Part shown: positions 1 to 12,400 of the stretch, piece by piece
How the letters are laid out: the number at the start of each line of letters is the position of its first letter
How positions within the stretch are numbered: the stretch's first letter is position 1
Origin: Cyanophora paradoxa CCMP329
Taxonomy: Eukaryota > Plantae > Glaucophyta
Assembly (NCBI GenBank): GCA_004431415.1
Contig: QPMI01000459.1
Span: forward strand, 62,001-126,000
Direction of reading: 5' to 3'
DNA: 64,000 bases
Program-made: the position numbers and the translations under genes
Notes under the pieces: model-generated
What the model was told of the DNA's origin: nothing
The model's database searches: none
The model's input: only the letters and a program-made list of their open reading frames with translations

Positions 1-1290
1 TCCTCGGTCTGGAGGGGGTATGAGATAGGACGCGTGAACGAAGGGGTACGGGAATGGAGAGTGGTACGCACGAACTGGCCCAGGTGCAGCTCGCGCTCGA
101 GAAGCATCGCGATCTGCGGGGGTACACGGTTCGCGCAAACGAGCGGCGGGCCAGGGTACGGGCGCGCGCCTTGATGAGCTTCATCTGCCCGAGCTTCTCC
201 TTGTCGTAGGCGTCGTACGCGCCCAGGACCTGAGGCAAAGTTAGCAGAACGGGACATGGCGAAGAAGAGGTGGGGGGGCGGGGGCGGGGGCGGGGCGGGC
301 CTTGTCTTGGAAGGCCTTGACGGTGATTTCGTCACCCTTGCCGTACGCCTCGTTCGGGTCCTCGATCGACGCCCGCATCTCCGCCTGGGGTACGTGTCAA
401 CAAGAAGGCGGGGAAGAAGAAGAAGGGGGGCGGACCCAGGGGTCGGCGGCGTTCTCCATGACGAGCTTGACGATCTCGGCGTGGATGATGTGGCCGGTGC
501 CGTTGAAGTCGAGGGCGCGGGCGACCTCCTCGAACTTGAGGTTTCCGTCCCGGTTCGTGTCGATCAGCGCCAGGAACGCCGGCGAGACCTTCGCGAAGAA
601 GCTCATGATCAGGCGGGCACAGATCTATCTCTTGCAGAGAAAGACGGAAAGAAAACACCTTTTCGAGGACGGGGAAGGCCGCCTTCAGCTCGGCCTTGGA
701 CGCGAATCCGTCCTTCGAGCGGTCGATCACCTCCATCACCTGCGGGGGGCAACAGTCTCAGACGAGGGCGGCGCGGCCAAGGGCGAAGCCTCTAGATCTT
801 TCCTCTAGATCTTTCCTCGCCGGGCGCGCCCGCCGCGTTTCAACGCCGCCGGGCCGCCTCGAGCTCACCCAACGTCTCAACTCTAGATCTTGCTCGGCCT
901 ACCGACCTTGTCGCGATCGAGTGCCCCTCCCCCGTCGCAGACTTTGGCTAACGTTCAACGGCCAATTATACACGGATCATGATCATATAACAGATTATAT
1001 TATAACGGAGACTTCGGCGTCGCAGATTATATAACAGAGCTACGTATATATATATACGTATGCAGCAGCTTATAATTAAGAAGTCTCATTACTACAGCTC
1101 CACGCCCCAAAACGTCTCTCTCTCCGGGCCCAGCTGATCATGAACAAGGCGAGCGGACCTTGCAATTGTCGTCGAGAACCCCGCGGCCGGCCTCGGCATA
1201 GACGTCGACGTACGCGTTGCCGTCGTTGGGGTCGAGCGCGTCCACGGCGATGATTCTCGATCGCGAATTCGAATTGCACGCCGCAATTGG
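1..1290 (-). pseudogene. Older, 5'-decayed copy of the EF-hand gene (continues left of window)
   Basis: Exons VMEVIDRSKDGFASKAELK and LIDTNRDGNLKFEEVARALDFNGTG match 27533-28290 with many substitutions. 1155-1290 is a scrambled version of the exon at 28985-29073. Confidence 0.75.
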
Positions 1291-2928
1291 GGGGGGGGGG
1301 AGGAGGGCGAAGGGGGGGGAGGAGGGGGGGGGCGCCGGGGGGAAGGATCAGTGCGGTTCCCGGCCGCGGGCCGGTGCTATATATGCATATATATGTCCTA
1401 TATATATATATATATATCGATATCCGGATCGATATCCAAGCTTCGGATTCTCCGTATCGATATCGCCGCCCCGCCGGCCCAGATCTAGACCGGCAGCTGC
1501 AGAACTTGTGCAATCCAGCTTGAGCTAGCTTGCAATTGCAATTGATCATGCATATGCATCCAATTGCAATTCCGAAGTTCATTGCAATAAAAGAAGAAAA
1601 CACATTACTTTTGAAACATACAATGTATATGAAATATTTGGAAACGGGGTAGCTGTAACGTAGGGCCCCCGTTTTCGGTCACTTACAAAATGACGAGTCT
1701 GCTCATCTCCCGATCCAGCTCCGAGCTCTTAACCGAGTGTTAGTGCATGCATGAGAGCCCGGAATTCGTTGTCAGAACTCGGAAAGAGCAGAATGCTGCG
1801 CTGAAAAAAGGACCGAACCCTTTTCTCGACTATCCCTTGCAGCGCCTGATCCCGTGATCGTATAGGAGCCGGACCAAGTGCATAAGAAAGCTCTTGCGAT
1901 GCTCGACAAAGCTTGTCATACATACCAGTGCTCGGGAAGCAGCGCGTGGCGCGCTAGGCCGCATCAAGTACCTGTTGTACCGAACGCGGAAAAAAAGAGC
2001 TCCTGCGAGTTTCGGCCGATATCGTGTTGCAGTACCCGTGCTTCATGATCAAGTACTAGTCGGCGAGCTAGCCGACAGGCTCGCTAGCTGGCCAGCGTAG
2101 CTAGGTGAGCTCCGGCGCCGGCTAGCGGCTTGCTGGACTTGCGCGCGTGGCGTCGCCAGCGCGCTAGCGCTAGCAGTACTAGTGCAGGCGCCGGCGCCGG
2201 CAGTGCGCGCGGGCGCCGACGCGGCGCCGCGGCAGGCAGTGCAGGCGCGGCGCCTGCAGTGCAGGCGCGGCGCTGCGCCGGCCGGCGGCAGTTGGCACTG
2301 CTTGGCAGGCGCGGCGCCGGCGCCCGGCATCATGTGGCATGCCGCATGCGCAGTGCGCACCCGGCCCGATGGCATGGCGTGGCGCCCGCGGGCCGCGGCC
2401 GGCGCGCGCGCGCGCGAGCGCTACGTGCTCGCGATCGACGTTGACTTCATGTGCGAGGCCATGCGCAGGGACCTAAACCTATAGCTAGCGCTAGCTCGAC
2501 GTCGACCTACCCCGTTTCCAACCGGCGGCCGGCCCAGTCAGAGCCCGATCGCGAGCAGAGGCCGCCGCGTGCTAGTCTATGAGATCTTGCAATTGGTATT
2601 ACCATCGAGGCTTGCAATCGCTTCTGCGACTGCCGCTTTCAGGCCTACACGATACTTATACCTTGCCCCTAGGCCTCCCTCCCCACCGCCCCCCTTTCTC
2701 CCTTCATCCCACCCCCGCATTGTATACGTTTCACGATCAGCGCAGACTGTGTGACAAAGAGACGTAGAAATATTAATATAGCCGCTGCGAAATCAGAGCA
2801 GCGCAGCGAAATGGAAGCAGTTATAATTACAATTAGGCGTCCAATGTCGGTTGTTGGTTGTTTGATTGCAATCACAAGGCAGAGAATTACAGCAAAGACT
2901 GTGCCTATCAAGCCTGCAGATGCCAAAC

Positions 2929-3870
2929 TCAGCGGCTTGCCATGCCTGACAAGTAACGCGACTGCGCCTGCATGCGCAGCTGGCGCTATAGCTAGGCGGC
3001 CACCTCAGCAGAGACGGATGCCTCGGCGACGATGGCTGAATCCGCCTCCGCCTCCTGTACATGTGCACGAATTCGAAGCAGTTTCAGCGCTCACAATTAT
3101 AATTAGGGCGCAAATGAAATCGCACATGTACTCACCAAGAGGAGCTCCTCGTCAAACTCGATTTCAGCCTGGATGTCTGCGGTCTCAAGAAGACCGTCCC
3201 CCGCGTCGCCCTCCAATGCAACGGCCTGCGCCGCGGCCCGTGAGAAATTAAAGCGAGGCGCGATCGTATATACGAATGTCGAAGGACAAAAGAAGGAAGA
3301 TGGACGCGCTTGTCCGTCGTTGTCCAACATCATAAGTTGCCCCATTGGAGTTCGCTGGCAGTGTCCGGAATAGTCGGATTTGAAGGATCCGTTGGCATGA
3401 CCGCATCTGCGCATCAAAGCGAAAGGGCTCGCGTCAACAAACGTGGCCATGGAACGGAGCTGGCAGCCGCGAACTCGAATTCGCGCGATCGAAAAACTTG
3501 GGCATTAATCAGACACGCACTGCCACCAGTTGTCGACGTGCCACCTGACTTTCCATGTCTGTTGATCAGGGGGCACCGCTGTCCGACTCCAGGTTTTTCC
3601 GTCCCATGTCGTCTGGTGGGTCGGGCCCTCCCAGCAGCCGAGATTACCGTCCGGATAGCACGTCCCGCCCATCGGCTGCGGAGGGGAAACCAGTTGCCCA
3701 TCTTCGTGCGCGTGTAGGACGCTTTGAGAGCGGGCTTCTGCTGCCGTCGGGAGTCGAGACTTGCCGGTGGGAGATGCGGCGATCTGAATTCGAAGTTGTG
3801 CACCTGGCACCCGGACCGTGACCCGGTGACCTGCTCGATGTCGAGGTCGCCGTTCTCGAGCGCTGGGCCG
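2929..3870 (-). pseudogene. 3' fragment of an intron-containing gene of unknown function (copy B 20665-~21600)
   Basis: Exon-like blocks AVALEGDAGDGLLETADIQAEIEFDEELLL, EAEADSAIVAEASVSAE and AQSRYLSGMASR* bounded by CAG acceptors and GT donors; the 5' part runs into repeats. Confidence 0.4.
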
Positions 3871-3912
3871 GGCTACCGTAGCACCGTACTAGTAGTCACT
3901 TAGTCATGATCA

Positions 3913-4032
3913 GTCGGGAGTCGGGACTCGGGAGTCGGGACTCGGGAGTCGGGACTCGGGACTCGGGAGTCGGGACTCGGGAGTCGGGACTCGGGACTCG
4001 GGAGTCCGACGGTCGGGAGTCGGGACTCGGGA
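3913..4032. repeat. 7-bp minisatellite (G/C)TCGGGA, ~17 units (copy B 21650-21769)
   Basis: Direct reading: gtcgggagtcgggactcggga... Confidence 0.9.
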
Positions 4033-4825
4033 TTAGAGCTGTGCTCGCTGGGGGGGGCCGGGCCCAGCGGCCGCTGAAGCCCGGCGAGCGGCGCCCGTCG
4101 CTGGCCCGTCGCTGAGGTGGGGGTACCGCCAAAACCTGTCGAAAAACTGCTGAAAACCAACCGAAAACCTATCTGTTCCGTTTAGTTTATTTCGTACAAG
4201 CTTTTAAGATGCGCGCGTACGCAAATGCAGATTTAATGCTTAGTTCCGCGAGCCATCTGTCAATTTCTGCGAGATAGAGGCCAGCTGCAGGCTGCTTTTG
4301 GGCGAAGCGGAGCGCCTGGATGCTCGAAAACAGTCGAAATTTAGCAAGATTAACAACGCCGACCTACGTCGACCTTCAGATGAGAAAAAAGCGGGATGGA
4401 GCTTTTTTTGGCGCCTGTCAGCCATAAAAAACGCTGAGCGAGGAGGTGTCGCTGGCGGAAAATGCCAAGCGTAGCGGCCGCTGGAACCTCGCGAGCGAAG
4501 CGACCACCAGCGACCACAGCCCTACTCGGGATCCGGGGACCGGAGTACGTGCCTAAACGTTTTTTTTGAAAGGGCCGATGGGCCACTGGGCCAGCATAAA
4601 ACAAATTAAACGAAGTCAGTGGCGACTCGGCGTCGGCGACTCAGTGCAAGTCACCCGTGTACCGTAGTACTGTACATCATGGCATGTGCATGTGCATTAC
4701 CCCCAAATTGAAAACCCGCACCATTGGTCCATTAATATTACCCACCCAAAAAACGGTCCATGCCAGCCTCAAACTTTTTGACCTTAAAACGCTTTAATTA
4801 AATTTCAAGAAAATTCAAGTTTGAT

Positions 4826-4908
4826 TTTTTTTTGAGAGACTACGGTGGGGCGAACCCCCCGTAGGTAGTGATATTAAAGACAACAAAGCAATCACAAATC
4901 AAAGATAC
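4826..4908 (-). mobile_element. 83-bp 5'-truncated poly(A) retroposon
   Basis: TSD AGTTTGAT at 4818-4825 and 4909-4916; T-run 4825-4833 (poly A on minus strand); absent from copy B; terminal hairpin with TTCG loop. Confidence 0.9.
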
Positions 4909-5256
4909 AGTTTGATGGGGGATCCGCGGCCGGAACTTTGACCTTGGCAAGTTAATGGCAACTTGCATAAAGTTGCATTGGCAACGTGTTGTTTTTTATC
5001 AAGCGCTCACTGAGTCAGCCTATCATAGTATGGCAGTGGCAAATCCACTGGCAATTGCAATGGCAGCTCACTGCCGTCAGCGGCGGTCAGCCTACTACTA
5101 AGTAGCCTAGTAGGCTAGCTGCCGGCGTGCCGCAGTGCACTCAGTGACTGCGGCAATGCAGCGGCATCAGGCTCAGCGGCTTCCATGATTAGTTCCATGA
5201 ACTTCCATCATGTTACCGTTTGAACGAGATTAAAACTTACATGATCGATCATGCTA

Positions 5257-5601
5257 CTGTAATTCGGGTAATATTTAAGACCCCAAAATAATTAGTAATC
5301 CCGGGGTTTGGTCGGTTTAGAAGGCTGAAAATAATTAAGAGTTGGCCGCGCGGAGCGCTTTAGTAGCGGCCTTTAGAAGGGGGTGGGCGCGGCGCGCGCG
5401 CCAGGGGGTTTAGATCTGTCGGAGCGTCCGAGAGCCCCCTCACACTATAGCTATACAGCTAGCTTCTCCCGCGCTGCAACTATGGCTGCGCTACGTACCC
5501 CCCAGCACCTCAAGTTTAGTATACGATAAAACTTTAGTAGTCGGGCCTCAAAACTTTGGTACTATAAAGATCCAGTATACTAAATATTTCCCGACTTACA
5601 G
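5257..5601. mobile_element. Tc1/mariner(pogo)-type MITE (copy B 22903-23245)
   Basis: Imperfect TIRs CTGTAATTCGGGTAATATTTA / TAAATATTTCCCGACTTACAG, flanked by TA on both sides. Confidence 0.75.
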
Positions 5602-5662
5602 TACATCATCAGCCTACATCCGATCATCATGGATTCATGGCTACATGATCAACTTATAATTA

Positions 5663-5914
5663 CCGTAAAACACTTGATTAATGCGCCCGATATTAATGCG
5701 TTTTTGGATCGACCCGGACTCCTCGTACGGGAAATAATGCGCCCCCAAATTAATGCGTTTTGGAGATTTCCGCCTGCGTTAGGGGGGTACATACCGCAGT
5801 TTTCTTAGCGTTTCGATATTAATGCGCCCCCCAATTAATGCGTTTTGCCAGCAGAAAACGCATTAATTAGGGGGCGCATTAATTAAGTGTGCGCATTACT
5901 TAAATGTTCTACGG
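5663..5914. mobile_element. Tc1/mariner-type MITE (copy B 23307-23558)
   Basis: Imperfect TIRs CCGTAAAACACTTGATTAATGCGC / GCGCATTACTTAAATGTTCTACGG; TA TSDs; internal ATTAATGCG repeats. Confidence 0.8.
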
Positions 5915-6463
5915 TACATGACTCAGTGATGGCAGACATTGGCAGCAGCTGCACAGCCTGCAGTGGCCCTGCACTGCGGGAGGCTGCAGCTAGTGCTTGC
6001 ATGGGGCCTTCCTTTGAATCATTTCTAAAACAGGGCCGGGCCCCAGCACAAAAAAAGTACCCGAAATTCAGACTTTTTCATGGGAATCATGGCCGATGAG
6101 GAACCGGCCGGGTTGGAAGCCGGTTAAAAAAACGTTTGAAATGGTTTGGTTGTAAAAAAAACCGTTAACGCGCATGTGCGTCGTGCACATACTGCAGGGT
6201 CCGAACCGGTTTCAGGTTCTTCATTCGCTTTGGGTGGAAGCTCTAAGTACTTGAGAGCCGAACGGCCTCCTATGAGCAGGGCGCCGGCGAGCCCTAGCCT
6301 CTAGGGAGGCTGAGGTTGTCCGAGCCGAAGGGCGAGTCTCGAGTCTCGATCGCGAGCTTCGTTGGAAAAACGCAAAACAACTTGAAAATTGAACTCGGGC
6401 CAATCGTGATCGACTTGCCGTGAATTGCCGAGACGCTGAATTCGGCAATTTAACGACTCGGCA

Positions 6464-9400
6464 TGCAAAAAGTCCACGCATCTAATGTTACTAAATGAAA
6501 AAGAAAACTAAATCTGCGGCCGCGGCCCCCGCCGCGGCAAAAGCAGCCCCACCTACAAAGGCGCCCGGCAGCAAGCCGACGGGCCAAAAGAAACAAAATG
6601 CAACCAAGCTGCAACTGAACAAGAAGGCCGGGGGCGCGGGACCCGCGGCGGCTGCGACGCTCCGTCTGGAGAATGTCTTTCCCCCCAGACTGTTCCCCGA
6701 AGGTGGCGACTTCATAGGGGACGAGCCGGCTATCAGGAAGCAGAAACCGGACGGGGTGCTGAGGACCATGACCTTCAACACGAGAGGGTCCAGCGCCTAC
6801 AAGCTGCAGCAGCTAGAAGAATTCTGCTGCCGCTGGGACGTCGATGTAGCGGGCGTGCAGGAGCTGTCGATGACAAGGCCCCAGATGGCCGCCGCCCTGA
6901 GGTCGAGAGGGAGGACCCGCTCCAGCCGGAAGGCGCGATAACGCACGGAAAGCTCCTGTACACGCTAAAATCAGGAGACGGAACGCGAGGGAGCGGCGCC
7001 GCTCTCTGGGTCGCGCCGCAATGGGTCAAGCACCTCACGACGAAGTACGAGGTCCAGGGCCGGCTGATCGGATTCGAGCTCCGCTTCAAAGGGAACCTCC
7101 AGCTCTTCGTGGCGAGCGTGTACATGCCCGCGTCCGAGAGCAAAGCTGCGCATCGCCAGGATCAGGAGAAGGTCGTCGAAGAACTGACGAAGATGTACGA
7201 CGACTTCTACGAGCGTGAAAACGCGCACCTGCTGCTCCTGGGAGACTGGAACTCGGTCCCGGTCCCGTCGAGCTCGCGCATCCGAAACGGCGCCCTGGCC
7301 CAGAGCCACAAAGCCGAACGGAAGTGGTGGCCCACGATGATCGACTCGTGGGACCTGCGCGACGCCGGGATGTCACACGCGGCGAAACATGATGACGGAA
7401 CTCTCTGCGGAGCACGCGAGATCACGCACCGCACCCCGCACGGAAGCAAGGGCCAAGGGGCGTCGGTCGGGGCGGCGGCGGCACCTGTGCCGTCAGACGG
7501 CGTAGACGAGTCAGAGGACGCGGAACGCGAAGCAGAGGAGGAAACGCCGGCTGACCTACCAAAAGATGCGCTCTGGCACGCGGCGCGCATCGATGCAGTG
7601 CTGGTCTCGGAATCACTGGATCACGCGCTCCTCAGCGCGCACACGTGCCCCGCGTGGGTCGATGCGCCGCACGACTCGGACCACTATCCAGCGTTCGCGG
7701 ACTTCGACCTGAAGGAGGCGGGCATGACAGCGCCGGTGGGCCCGAAGCCAGAACCGAAACCCGGGCCACCAGTATTTGACCCGGACGGCCTGAAGCGCAC
7801 ACAAAACGAGAAAGATGAGCTGAAAAGAGAGCTAAACAGGCAGCTCGGCGAAGCTGTCGGGGCGGACCTTGACGCCGTCGGCGAGGGCACGCCGGAAGAG
7901 CGTCTCGAACGACTGAGCCGCATCCACGCTGCGAGCGCGAGCCTTGTTCAGGAGGTGGCAAAGGAACATCTATGCATGAGGGGCCGAGGGGGGAAGCCGA
8001 CCAAGCCGCGCAACCTGCCGTGGCAGGCGAAGGCCGACGCCAGAGTCGCCCGCATTCTCGCTGCTTGGAGGAAGGAACCAGGCGGGATCCCGTCGGAGCT
8101 GACGGTCCAGGCGATCGAGAAGCTGCTGCACTACGTGACCGCCAGGGAAGGCCTCCGACCCTTCCCGCTCCGTCCGGCTGAACGGCGCCAAGCAAGGGCT
8201 GAGCAAGGCTCACCGCCGCCCGGATCCCCACATGCGCGCTCGAGCTCGCACAGCTCACAAGGCTCGCGCAGCGGTAGCCCCGCGCCGGTCCCAGCCGTAC
8301 CCCGGTCCCCAGGTACCCCCCCGGCTGATCAGGAAGAGGACTGGGCCGAGGTGCACCGGCGGCAGCTCAAAGAAGACTGGGCGACCTTCTTCCGGGAGCT
8401 GAAAGTATGGCGAAACCGGACGCGGCACGACCTGCAGAAAATCCGCCGGGCGCTCCAGGCGGAGGACGTTGAGAGGGCATTAAAAGAGAGGCTAGACAAG
8501 TTCATGGACGGCCGCCAGCTCGGATCCTATATAGCCGCGGTGCTAGAAAAGCCGCGAAACCGCCCGATCATGCACATCACGCGTGTGTCCAAGGACGGAA
8601 AAACGTATGAAATCTACACGGAGCCTGAGGAAGTGAAACGACTCCTAAAAGAGCACTGGCGGAAATGGTGCCGGCGCCGACGCCCACGCGTGGGCTGCAC
8701 CCCAGAGACAATACCGGAAAGCGCGCTGAAGGATAGCATGGGGAAAGAACTGCTCGACTTCTGGAGGCTGGAATACGAGCCAAAAGCATACGCGGATCCT
8801 GAACTATTCCGAAACGACATGTCGGTGCCGAGCGAAGGCGAGCTCGGCGACTACATTAAAACGCTAAGAAACACGGCAGCCGGGCCGTCGAACTTCTCGT
8901 ATGCTATGGTGAAGTTCCTATGGGCGCCGGTGCCCAAGCCGAAGCCCAAAGACGGTAAGGGCGACGAGGCCGGTGGCCCAGCGCCGGAGGGCCCGAGCCC
9001 AGCCGACGAGAGCGCCGAGGAGGCCACGGAAGAGGAGCCCGTACACTGGGGCCGGAAGCTGCTGCTCTCGCTGGTGGCTGAAGCGATCCGCCTCCGGGAC
9101 CTGCCGGATGCCGTGTGTCAGGGCAACATCCTCGGCATTACTAAGAGCCGGGAGTGGGACGGGGATATCGAAAATAACCTGCGACCGATCACCCTGCAGG
9201 AGGTGGCCTTGAAGCTGACCACTGGCCTCCTGAACGCGCGCCTGTCCCGGACAATCCATCAGAACGGGCTCCTGAAAGGGGCCAACTACGGCTTCAGACC
9301 TGGTTGCTCGACGGACGACGCCCTCCACGTCTTTAACGCAGTCCTCGAGGACGCGAAGGAGTTCAAGAAGCCCCTGTACATCCTGCTGCAGGATATCAGG

Positions 9401-12400
9401 CGAGCGTACGACTCCGTCTCGTGGGAGAGCATGGAGCTCTCGATGCGGAGGCTGAACGTACCCGAGGGGTACATCGAGCTCCACAGGAACATATTCCGGC
9501 GCCGCAGGGCGCGGGCAATCTCCGGTCACGGCCTCTCCGACGAGTTCGAGCTCGAGTGCGGGCTGCCGCAGGGCGGTGTCGAGTCGCCGCTGCACTGGCT
9601 GCTCTTCTACGATGCCCTCCTCTGCGCGCAAGAGCGCCTGGATCAGCACGAGCGCCAGCACGGAAAGAAGACGGCAAAGACGATAGAGCACTATGCCCAC
9701 CCCGAGAGCTGGGAGGAGCCGGGCACGGCGTACGTGATGGGGAACCCGAGGGAGACCGATGCTGCGGAACGCGAGGGCCGGGCCCGCGTCAGCGGCGTGG
9801 CGTACGCCGATGACACGAAGTGGATGAGCGGAAGCATGCGGGGGCTACAGGCCCAGGCCGACGTGGCCTGCGAGTTCTTCCGCCTGCACGATATCGAGGT
9901 CAACGCGAAGAAGACGATCTTCACGTGGAACAACGCACGTCGCGAAGTTGAGAGCAAACCTGGGGCCCACCCCGCCGCGAAGAAGAAGGAGAAGCAGCCC
10001 TCCCCGCCGAAGATCAACGGTACCCCCGTCGGACTTGTCCGCCAGCCCCACGAGCACTTCAAGCTCCTCGGGGTATACATGAGCGCAAACCTGAACTGGG
10101 ATCGTCAGTGGCAGTACATCTGCGATCAGGCGCGGGGCGCAGTCGCGCTGATAGAACGCAAGAAGCTCACCGCGAACGAGGCCTGCTACCTTGTCGAGGC
10201 CGTAGTGCAGGCCCGCATCTCGTACGGCCTGAAGCTCATGACCCTGAGCGAGAGTCAGTGCCAGGAACTCGATCGTATTTGGATGAGGGTCGTCAAGCAC
10301 CACGGGAACCTCGCCGCCTCGACGACGAATTACGCGATCTGGAGCCACGGGGGGTACAGCCTCAAACGAACAGCCCACCTGCAAGCGGAGGCGCAAATCA
10401 CAGAGGCTCAGATCCGGCTCTGCGCGCCCGAGGGCTCGCTGCTGGCTCGGGGGGTACGGCACCGGGTGCGCGCACTGCAGGAGAAGCTTGGGGTGCCTCT
10501 GCTCCCGACCGAGTTCCTAAACGCGCCCATCTCCAGCGACCTCGCCCGCGGGAACTCCCTGGCGGCGATCATGCCGCAAATGCAGCGCCGTAAGTACCGG
10601 CTGATGTCGAATCACGCGCGCTATGCGGCGTTCCGCACCTTGCCCGGGGCGGAGCCTTGGCCTGACCCGGAGCGCCTCGACCGGCGCTACGTCGTGGCAA
10701 TGCACATCCCAAGATCCGCCTTCAGCGTCGCGGCCCCTGCCCTGTACGGGGCGGGCGTGACGACCATGGACGCGGTGACGGCAGCGGACGGCGAGACCCT
10801 GCGAACCTGGCAGGACCTGTACATGGGCGCGCCCAAGGGGACGCTGCAGAAGAGCGAGCCTGCGTGGTGGCGTGAGGTAGCGAACGCGCTCACGGTTGAT
10901 GGGAAGCAGCTGCGGCACCCGATGCGGCGGGCAGGAGAGCGCGCGTCCGCCATGGCCTCGCTCCCTGGCGGGGCCCGGAAGGTGAAGTGGGCAAAGGACG
11001 CGTTCGTAGCCGTATTTGAGGCGGAGCAACTGCACGATGAATCTGCCGAGCCCCACGTGGGGCGAGTCGTTACGTTCAAATCCGAGACGGGCAGCATATT
11101 AGCGTCGGAGTACCTGCTGGAGCACTGGGTGCCGGTGCCGAAGGGTGCGGACCCCGACGCGGAGAAAGAGGGACTCTACTGCCGGTGCGACGGTCACTGC
11201 CGGCACCCCGAAATAGAGGGGCGGAAGAGCACGTACACGGCGGTGCAGGGGACAGGGAAGCAGTACTGGCACCATGACGACCGGTGCACGCGCAATGCTC
11301 CATCGCGCTGCCCCGAAATGAGCCAGTGCGACGGCTCGTGGACGCACGGGAAGGGCTGGTGGGAGGAGGAGGATACCCTCCTCGCCTTGGAAGGCGAACC
11401 GACGGAGGAGACGCCGGCGGTAGCGGCGGGTCAGGAGACGAAGTCGAAGCGCGGGCGCAAGCAGGTCGCCCTGCGACCGACCTTGGAGTACTACGACCCG
11501 GGCCTGCGCACGCAAGACGACGAGAAACGCAGGGCGCTGCTTCTCCAGGCCCGCGTGAAAGCCGTACAGGATGGTGACGAGCGCTTCCTCCGTGAACAGC
11601 TGAGCCCGGAGGCCGAGGCTGAGCTGCAGGCCGCGCTGGAAGTGGCTGCGGCGGCGACGCCGGGCGCCGAGCCGCTGGACGAGGCACAACCTGTGTCAGA
11701 TTCAGCAGAGCAGAGCGAACTCTACTACGCGGGCGGAGCGCCGCGCCACTGGGACTCCCGGGCGGCGCAGGAAGGGGTCACCCTCACCGTTTACTGGCAG
11801 CACATGCTGGCAAATTGGGAGCAGATCGAAGAGGCGGAACTCGCGAAGCTCGGCCGTCGCCCGGGGAAACTCGAGCAGTGGATATGGACGGACGGGAGCC
11901 TGAAGAAGGGTCAGACGGAAGGGGCGCACGCGGGCCTCGGCGTCGTGAGCCCGGCTGAGTTCCCGGACGGGACCGTGGCGAACCACCCGGAATGGGCAGG
12001 CACGTACGTTGGCAGGCTGCGCGGGCTTCAAGAGAACAACAAGGCTGAGCTCCAGGCTGCGATCGTCGCCGACGTGCTCGCGGCGCAGGGGGTGCGCCTG
12101 CACACGGACAGTCAGAACGTCTGCACGTGGTTCGATAAGTTCGTGCTGAATGCGCACGATATGCACATGCGAGACTACATCCGGAACACGTGCAGCGCTG
12201 AGCTGTACGCGTGGTCCAAGTTCCGCGCCCTGGTGATGGGACGGGATCGGCAGCGGCCGGCTGCGGTTATCAAGGTCAAGGCGCACAGCGACGAGGATAT
12301 GCACGAGCTAAACGACGCCGCCGACAGAGCGGCCGATCAAGGCGCGCACCTGGAACAGGAGGAACTGGACGAGAACATCTTCCTGCCGCCCGAGTTCAGC

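Noticed and set aside
3913-4032. Telomeric repeat or CRISPR array
   Set aside because: Internal 7-mer satellite with no spacers; not a TTAGGG-type unit.
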